64,000 nucleotides of DNA. Source: Flaccisagitta enflata. Taxonomy: Eukaryota. The notes under the pieces were generated by a model. That model was not told where the DNA came from, made no database searches, and saw only the letters and a list, made by a program, of their open reading frames with translations. Below, piece after piece: positions 55,726 to 64,000 of the stretch. Every line of letters begins with the position of its first letter. The stretch's first letter is position 1. The stretch is from the NCBI GenBank assembly GCA_965153355.1, contig OZ231126.1, forward strand, positions 45,260,001 through 45,324,000. Reading direction: 5' to 3'. The translations under genes and the position numbers were made by a program.

Positions 55726-58423
55726 CTGTGAGACTGAGCGTCTTTGTGCCTTGGGTCTTGTCCATGCATCTGTCTATTGGTAATTGCGTGTGAGTCGGTG
55801 TGTGCTTGGACAGGTAATAGTATATAGGCAAGCTTTTTTTTTAATTCATCATTACGTAATTCCCTGTCTGGTAATTGATCAGCCTGTTGGTAGGGTGGCC
55901 CTTGGCATCATTTCTAGTCGCTGGCAAAGCGACTCTATAAGAGACTGTGTCCCTTGGTAATGCGAAAATTTGGATGACGCGAAATCGGCCAAAATACTGA
56001 TTTCTTAGCATTATGGCTCCCACCCAGCCACGTTAAAGCCCCGCCCCCTGCATACAGCCCCTGCCCACCCGCATTACTACATCTGCCCACCCGCCAGCAA
56101 CTTCTTATTGGCCGTGTATCTGGCCGTAATTTTCTTTTACCGTCTCAGCCCTTGAACAGTCGTTTATGTATGATGATTGTGAGGTAAATGCATACTTAAG
56201 TACTTCAGTATAATTAAAACTGATCTAAAGGATCATCAAGCACCCAGCATACCGTGGAGGCATCTCCCCCTATGACATGGCTCTGTTGAAGCTAAAGGCT
56301 CCCTTGGATTACAACGATGTGGTTCAACCAATTTGTCTGCCTGATCGGGTAATTTATCAATTAACATGGCCTTATCTTTATGTAGCGTTTTCGTAATTAT
56401 TGAAGAAAAACCTGGCTATGGCATTTGATATTACCTTTTTCTCTTTTCGATACTTCTGCTCATAGGGTATCTCTTATGACGAATCGATGAGACAATGCAT
56501 GCTGACTGGGTGGGGCCTTACCAAAGGGCCACAAGACCGCACCAAGCTTCAACAGGTAATGTGTGTTCATTGATGTGTTGTTTGGTTCCTCCGCACCGAC
56601 ATGGACAAAATTCTCCTTGTGTTTTATCCCCTTTGTCCCCTTTAGGGCCACTGCCGTGCTAGCTTTCACCCTCATCTACAATCACACAAACCATGACAAT
56701 GGGCAACGCTGACCACTATATCTTTGTATTTTTACTGTTTGTCCTTTGTTCTTTGATCTCTACATGTCTTTTGATATGTGAATAAACTTGATATACTTGA
56801 TATATATACTATCTTAGAAAAAAAAATCTTCCGCCCTGTAATAAAAATGTATATAATGTTATCAAAATAGATATAAAGCATATACAAAATCATGTATAAT
56901 TAGTATGAGCTCTTTTTGGCTGAATCAGGGCCGCCATTTGTTAGGGAAACAATTTGTAGAGGCTCTTGTTGTATACTGGAGTGATAGGTCTTCAGATCTT
57001 TTTCATACCTTTTTTAGTCGCGTGCACGCGACTCTATGACCCACTCTGTCCGTCTGTCTGTCCGTCGGTAATACTTAGCTTTTTTTCGCTCCTGCCCACC
57101 CGCACGCGACTTCGGCTCGTGTATACGGCCTTGTTTGATCTCCTCTCCCTCTACATTTACACTCATAGCTACCAAAAAGCTTATCAAATTATAAAAAAAT
57201 CGGTGACAGAAATGAAGCCCTTCAAATTTGCAAGCTGTTCACGCAATCCGCATCTGTCTAGCTCAATGGGTTTAGAAGGAATTTAAAAAACAGTGAAAAG
57301 ATCTAATTTAAATTTTGTATAGAAATGGCAGAAGCGAAATTGAAGTATTTCAATCAAACGTAAATAAGTTCTAATTGCATAGAGCAAAAGTGATGCGGTT
57401 TGCGTAAATCTCTTGCAAATTTGAAGGGCTTTATTTATCTCACTAATCTTTTGATGATTGGTTGATTCTAACTAGAGATATATATATTAACATGCCGGAA
57501 GATTTTTTTTTCTAAGATGGTATCGCCTTTGGGCGACTGATTTCACTACCCTTCCAGGTTGACGGACCAATCGTGAGCAAGTCTTCTTGTCGTAAAGTTT
57601 GGGGCAAGCAAGTGTTGGATGTCCACCTTTGCTTCGGCACTGGACTGAAAGGTGGTTGCCAAGGCGACAGCGGCGGCCCTCTGATCTGCCGCGGAGATGC
57701 CGGCAACTGGATTCAAACGGGCGTCGTTTCTTGGGGCAACAGACAATGCAAGGCAAGGAAGTAGAAAGCGATGGTAGTGCAGACATATATGCCAAGATAG
57801 ACCTTTTGTCAATTCTACGAAACCAGATACCGTATTTCTTGTAATTAGCGCCACAGGCGCTTTTGAAATTGAAATGAAACATTGCTTTTTTAAACCTGCA
57901 ATTAGCGCCCCCTTTTCACTAGTGTCTGAATTATGTTTCATGAAATTTTCATTTTTTGAAAATTTTGATTCACTATAAAAACAAATATTTTGTTGCATTG
58001 CATCCTATTTTCATATGGTCTTTGCCAAAAAATCTAATTTCCAATGGATTTTTTTGTGTGTTTTTTAAAATCACCCTTATCATTAGCTCATTTTTTCATG
58101 AAAATGCGGGGGGGGGGCGCTGATTAGAGGGGGGGGGGGCGATAAATGCAAGAAATACGGTACCGATTTGCTAACAATTTCTGAGAAGCGGTTATTTTCA
58201 TTTTGTGGCTAGCAATGATTAATAAGTATCTTTCGCAAATCTCAATTTGACATCCTTCACATGCTTGACATTCTTTGCATCCTTCACATTGACGACCTGT
58301 CTCTCGCATCTCTTTCAATTCACTCTCGCTAATCATTCACCAACGATGTAGGTTGCTGGTTCACCGACAATCTTCACCCGCGTTTCCAAACTGAAGTCGT
58401 GGATTGACAAGTACATCGCTTGA
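54951..58423 (+). CDS. Secreted S1A serine protease, chymotrypsin/elastase-like (gene 2, tandem paralog), 6 coding exons, 260 aa
   Basis: Exons 54951-55079, 55471-55649, 56231-56348, 56466-56555, 57558-57752 and 58352-58423. Exons 2-6 have the same lengths (179,118,90,195,72) and phases as gene 1. MLALLCIVGAILPGIALG-ECGRSFAHNR|IVGG, SAGHC, YDMALLKL, GDSGGP, PTIFTRVSKLKSWIDKYIA*. The last intron needs a GC donor. Confidence 0.93.
55471..55649 (+). CDS. Protease gene 2 exon 2 (catalytic His)
   Basis: caaaag|GTT...AT|gtgagt; [28 protein letters not shown]. Confidence 0.92.
55911..56128 (+). mobile_element. HINE-like variant in intron 2 of gene 2
   Basis: AGTCGCtggcaaaGCGACT hairpin, cctgcccacccgc repeats, GGCCgtgtatctGGCC end. 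Confidence 0.7.
56231..56348 (+). CDS. Protease gene 2 exon 3 (catalytic Asp)
   Basis: ctaaag|G...CGG|gtaatt; IIKHPAYRGGISPYDMALLKL...PICLP. Confidence 0.92.
56466..56555 (+). CDS. Protease gene 2 exon 4
   Basis: catag|GGT...CAG|gtaatg; CMLTGWGLT...KLQQ. Confidence 0.93.
57010..57135 (+). mobile_element. Short HINE family A derivative in intron 4 of gene 2
   Basis: ttttttAGTCGCGTGCACGCGACT...gcacgcgact...ggccttgtt. Confidence 0.8.
57195..57455. mobile_element. Foldback/MITE remnant in intron 4 of gene 2
   Basis: aagcccttcaaatttgcaag / cttgcaaatttgaagggctt inverted arms of about 90 bp. Confidence 0.7.
57558..57752 (+). CDS. Protease gene 2 exon 5 (catalytic Ser)
   Basis: tccag|GTT...AAG|gcaagg (GC donor); GGCQGDSGGPLIC. 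Confidence 0.92.
57830..58160. mobile_element. TA-flanked Tc1/mariner-type MITE in intron 5 of gene 2
   Basis: TA|CCGTATTTCTTG / CAAGAAATACGG|TA; repeated aattagcgcc subterminal motif. Confidence 0.8.
58352..58423 (+). CDS. Protease gene 2 exon 6 (C-terminus)
   Basis: tgtag|GTT; VAGSPTIFTRVSKLKSWIDKYIA-TGA. Confidence 0.92.
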   Translation, partial: VAGSPTIFTRVSKLKSWIDKYIA

Positions 58424-58846
58424 GACAGCAGTTAGAAATGGAAAATTTGGTCAACGAGACTGAAAAATGAGTAACCATCGCTTTTAACAACAGCTGTTAT
58501 TGTATTTTGCCATCGATCTTTCAGTTTTAGTCGAACTTTTTTTTAACCTTTTTTATTTCTCCTTGTTGCCTTGGTTATACAGATTGATCCTTTAAATACA
58601 CTTTTAACTGCTTTGATCCTCTTTTGAGTCACATGTGATTGTCATGGATGTAGGGGCAGCCTGAGCCACATAAAAGTGTAGACTTGCTTATGATGGTACA
58701 ACGGAGTGATTAAATGACGAGATTTTCATTTTGACGCATCAGAAGGATCTGCACAAGTACGATCTGTAACTGAGATCTGTACCTCTCTTTCTGATGCTGT
58801 TTCGTGCCGCATACCGCAACATTCTTTACTGCTCCCGGTTATAAAG

Positions 58847-58852
58847 AATAAA
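58847..58852 (+). terminator. Polyadenylation signal of protease gene 2
   Basis: First AATAAA after stop 58423, followed by GT-rich sequence. Confidence 0.55.
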
Positions 58853-58911
58853 TGTAAAACAACGTGAATGGTATTATGGTATCTGTCTGTCGGTGTGTCT
58901 GTCGGTCTGTC

Positions 58912-58969
<58 letters not shown>

Positions 58970-59491
58970 GGCGAGTCTTTATTCTGTCATTATTCCTCAT
59001 GTTTGTCACATAATCTCTTTCCCCCGACGCACGAGAATCATTTCTCTCCCGCAGGTAAACGACGCCTCATTTGTTAAATCTTTCATTTCTCATCATTTTT
59101 TTCTCCTCTTTCTCTCGCTCTCTCCTCTTATTTTTCCCTCTCTCTCTGTCTTTCTCTTTTAATTTCTCTGAAATTTCCTTTGTTTACCAACTCAGATGAA
59201 GCGAATGAGTTATGATCAAAGGAAGCTATGAGGTATGATTATTTTTTTCTCTTTCCTGAGCTAATGGTTAAAAGCGCCGCGGCGATGATGATTGTTTGAC
59301 TGAAGTTTGACATACGATCCTCATATGGCAAATGCTGACTATGGAAAGTTTCAACCGGAGTGTTCCGGGGAATACAATTTGCTTACACTCAGTTTTACAC
59401 TGCTTTTAGATGTACTCAGTGTATACACATATTCACACATGCACAGTACGTAACTTGTAAGGCAAGCATGAAGCGCTAAATTCTCTAAAAT

Positions 59492-59598
<107 letters not shown>

Positions 59599-60386
59599 GA
59601 GAGCGTTCCTTTCCATCTACTTGCACAGAAATAGAAGAACAAGAAACTTCAAGTACCTGACGTAATCTCCAGAGACAGGACAAAGAAAAGGGGGTTAATT
59701 GCAGCCATTCCAAATTCTTGAAATTTCATGTCTTTTCTTTTCTTTTCTTTTTTTTCAAAGTCATTAAAGGCGCTGTTAAAACAAAGAAAAAGAAGCAAAC
59801 GTACTTTCTCTTCTTACAGTCTTCAACGATCGTTCGCTTCGCTGCCTCGTATACCTAATTGGTCGTTTTTGATGGAGTAGGTAATAGTTTTTTTCTTCTT
59901 CGCAATGAGAACATTGACGCCCATGACTACCATAATGACGATGATAGCGATGTCGATGGAGATGACGGTGATGACGATGACGACGATAGCGAAGGCGATG
60001 GGAGATAACGGTATCGACGCCTAGGTGATATAGTCTCCTGGTAATTAGTTTTTATGTGTTCGTTGAAGTGTCTCCCTCTCTTCTTCCTCTCTTTTTTTCA
60101 CCCCCCCCCCTCTCCGTCTATTTCGCTGGTTCTGCCTCTTTCTGTCATTGTCTTTTTTGTCTTTTTCTCGGTCATTGTCAGTTTCTTTGTTAATATGTTA
60201 ATATGTTTCTATGTTAATCTATCATCATTTCATTGTTTTTTTTTTTCTTCTTTTCATTACTTCTATCTCGCTCGCTATTACTATCTGTCTCACTTTGGTG
60301 TCTTTTTCCTGGTCTCCATCTCAGGCTCTCTGTCTCTGTCTCTTTGTCTCTCTGTCTCTCTGTCTCTCTGAATCTCTGTCTCTCTG

Positions 60387-60436
<50 letters not shown>

Positions 60437-60986
60437 TCCCGCCCCAACCATTTCCTCGGCTCGCTTTCTCTTTCTCATTAGCACCTTGAGCTTCGAAAAA
60501 AGACTGCCTCCATTTTTTTTTTTTTACTACATTCTTTTTTTTTTTCTTCTTCTTCTTTTCATTTCTCCCGTCAAGAAGTCGACGACACATAAGAGATCAT
60601 CCACTTACCGTCTGGTAGAAATTAAAGGTGCGTTTTTCTGTCTTCTATCGTGTAAAAGTTTTTTTTTTCCATCCAAAGGAATTGGAGGTTAAGCCTTAAT
60701 CTTTTGAAATACCAACTGTGAATCGTTATCAAAGTAGTGTTAAAAATCTGCTTGTCACGAGAACTTTTTTCGAGTTTTTTTTTTCTGATAACCTCACGTT
60801 ACTGACTATTGTAGCCATTAAAAGAATATATTCATTGTTGTCGCTTGAGATCCAGCACGATGGAGGCTATCTGTACCATGTGAACCATTCAAACAGCGAT
60901 TATCAATCTGTTTTCTGTATATTATCACATGTCCACTACTTATTCTGGCTGGGTCAAAGAAAAAATTCGGTACGCAAGAGGGAGGG

Positions 60987-61085
<99 letters not shown>

Positions 61086-61509
61086 ACAGACAGATAGACA
61101 GAGACAGAGACAGACATACAGATAGACAGTGAGGCAGACAACAGCGAGACAAACAGTCAGTGAGTGAGAGAGAGAGAGAAAGAGAAAGACAGAGACAGAC
61201 TGAGACAGAGGATAGACGCACACACAGTACAGCAGCTGATAGAGATGGATGGTTATGGGGGAAGAGAGTGAAAGGGGAGATAGAACTAGAGAAAGAACGA
61301 GAAAAGGCGACATTCACGAAGTCATGAAATTAGCGTCGGTATTCACTGGAGAATTGCTTATCCCAAGAAATTCAAGGGAAACTTTTCTCTCTTCTTTTTT
61401 TTCGCCGCTTTTCTGTCCTCTTTTTTTTCACTCACGCGCTTTTTTTCTTACTTTCTCTTTTTCTTATTCAATTTCGTTCCTTTCATCCTTTTGTCTGATT
61501 TTCTCCGTT

Positions 61510-61740
61510 TTTAACGTTTCTTAACGTTTTTTAACATTTTTTAACATTTTTTAACATTTTTTAACATTTTTTAACATTTTTTAACATTTTTTAACATTTC
61601 TTAAAATTTTACCTTTTTTAACATTTCTAAAGTTTTTTTAACATTTTTTAACCTTTTCTAACATTCTTTAACATTTCTTAACATTCTTTAACATTCTTTA
61701 ACATTTTTTAACTTTTTTTAACATTCCTAACATTTCAACA
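61510..61740. repeat. 10-bp minisatellite (TTAACATTTT)n
   Basis: About 20 diverged units. Confidence 0.9.
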
Positions 61741-62235
61741 TGTTTTAGCTCTTTTGTTTGTCATTTCCCGACGCACGCGACTGTTGCCCTTTTGGGCTTG
61801 TTTTTCACTGACGCGCTTTTTCTCTTACTTTCTCTTTTTCTTATTCAATTTCGTTCCTTTCATCCTTTTGTCTGATTTTCTCCTGAATATTCTTGCCTAT
61901 TAAGATTCTCTTCTTGGACCTTTTCTTATTCTTTTTTTTTTTTTTTTTTTTTTTTTTGATGTTTTTCCCCTTTCTTCCTTTCTGCCTTTCTCCTCCAACC
62001 TCAATCTCAATGAGCTACTTTTTTGGCATGAAAACATTCTGTCTAATGTCCAGCATCTCTGTGTCAGCGTTTTTGCTGTCCATTGTTAGTTCGTATATCC
62101 ACCTTTTGTTTTGAACTAAAATGATTTTGGCATTCATGTGGGATAGGGCTCTCTTTTTCTTCTCCATAGGATCTCTTCGCAAATCTTAGTTTGCAGCTTA
62201 CTTTTATACTATTGAATAAGTAGTCCATCTAAGCT

Positions 62236-62290
62236 TCTATCTGCCTATCTATCTATTCATCTATCTATATATCTATCTATCTATCTATCC

Positions 62291-62362
<72 letters not shown>

Positions 62363-62440
62363 GTCTATCTATCTATCTTTCTATATCAATCTATATCAAT
62401 ATCTATGTCTATATCTATATCTATATCTATATCAATCTAT
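62236..62440. repeat. (ATCT)n microsatellite
   Basis: Directly visible. Confidence 0.9.
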
Positions 62441-62524
62441 AATATTATTTATCTATCCATCTTTCCACACATCTAACTATTTCTCTGTTTTTATTATTCA
62501 TTGATCTATCTATAAATTCATCTT

Positions 62525-62561
<37 letters not shown>

Positions 62562-64000
62562 CTCCTTTTGCGAGTCTGGAGCCAAAATGGTGTTCTTTTC
62601 TAGTTTTCTTTCACTCTTTCACTCCTTTTAGTTTCATTCTCCCCTTCTTCTTTTGCGCGCTAACGAACTTCATCTTATTTCCATATTTCTACTTCTATTC
62701 TAATTCCTTTTTTCCTTTATTTTCTCTAATTTTCATTTCCCTGCGCGATGCGTCGACGATGTCTTCACCGCCAAGGCGCTCTTTGACGCCGACCACACCG
62801 CCACTAACCGCTAAGTTACCGCCACTGCTCCCGTGAGTGAAACAACCACTAACCACTAAGCTACCACCACTGCTACCGTCATTAGAAAGCCAATAACCGC
62901 TGATGCATCGCCAGTGTGGACGTCGAGACACTGCCAACCCCACAATAGTAACTGCTATTTCCACTACTTATGTCGCCACCCATATCGACAGGCCGCTGTA
63001 ACCGTCAAGGCTATTTACCGTTCTCCTTTGCCACTACCCCCACCCTTTCCGCCACCACTCACCGCACATCGCTCTTGCCGGCATCGCTGACGCCACCAGA
63101 AAAGTCATAATTTGGAATTTTAATGATTCCCTAAATTTTCTTTATTTGAATTTTTTTTTCTTTATTACTCGTCTTTCTTTCTGTATCTGTCAAATGGTCA
63201 TTACGCGTCCGGATAACTGGACAGAGCCCCAGCGAGAGAGGAAGAAAGACTCGACCAGATATATGGATATATAAGGACGTGTAATCTGAACAGAGAATAT
63301 AAAACGATGATGAGATATACGCAAATAATAATGAACCCGAACCCAACTGCCCCAGCCCCTTTCTCTGCCCCCGCCGTCTCCTCTTCCTCCTCTTCTTCGT
63401 CCCGTCTCCCCAACGTCGCCGTCCCGTCTCCTCCTCCTCCTCCTTCTCCTTCTCCCCTTCCTCCTCCTACTTCTCCCGTCCCGTCCGTTAATAATGACCA
63501 ATCAGTAGTAATACTAATAATAATTACCTAAGAACTCTTTCGCAGTTATTGGGGATATCCAAGTTATCGGAGAAAATAATATTGTTGAAGGTCTTGTTTG
63601 TGGAAAGAAGAAGGAATGTCGCTATGAAAGAGAAATAGGATATGAGGCTGATCTACCATCATGTTTTGATGGTCGATCAGTCTCGCGTCAATTCTCTTTC
63701 ATCGCTTCGCTTCTTGGGGGGGCTCATGTTATTGACACCCCCGCCTTCCTTCCTCTAAGAAGGAACCCGTGGTAACAGGAGTCCTCCAAAGAAGTGGAAG
63801 GTCTGTTTCCGTCCTTCTTTTATGAACTTGGCCAATTGTTTGTTTGTTCTTTTATTTTGTTTTATTATTATTTTTTTTTTTGTACTGATTGATCTTTTAG
63901 CTTATATTAATTGTTTTTTTTTTTTTTTTTTTTTTTTTTTGGGGGGGGGGAAGGTTTATCCCTAGTTTGCTTGTATATTGTTTATTTATATTGTTAATTC

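Noticed and set aside
57753-57764. Gene 2 as a truncated pseudogene (stop after CKARK)
   Set aside because: An intact exon 6 in the correct phase and a consensus-like GC donor explain it.
62740-63110. Pro/Thr-rich or Gly/Ser-rich ORF-like segment
   Set aside because: Low-complexity CCA/CCG sequence with a short internal duplication, frequent stops and no recognisable domain.

Overview
This is AT-rich animal (invertebrate-like) genomic DNA, saturated with microsatellites and non-autonomous DNA transposons. Nearly all ORFs in the supplied track are simple-repeat artefacts. The only genes I can support are two tandem, same-strand, six-exon S1A serine protease genes of the chymotrypsin/elastase type, at 50308-54732 (261 aa) and 54951-58423 (260 aa), both reconstructed exon by exon. 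They are only 218 nt apart. Gene 1 has a TATA/GATA/Fox promoter but no AATAAA. Gene 2 has no TATA box, but has an unpaired U-rich splice acceptor 29 nt before its ATG and the only canonical polyA signal, which suggests a bicistronic, possibly SL trans-spliced unit. The last intron of gene 2 is GC-AG. The first 50 kb holds several HINE/DINE-1-like (Helentron-associated) families, including a foldback family carrying mirrored 20/21-bp minisatellites. It also holds a hAT element with an 8-bp TSD, TA-flanked Tc1/mariner-type MITEs, and a 507-bp MITE whose two arms each carry an outward-facing tRNA-like Pol III unit. All calls are by eye; no searches were run.
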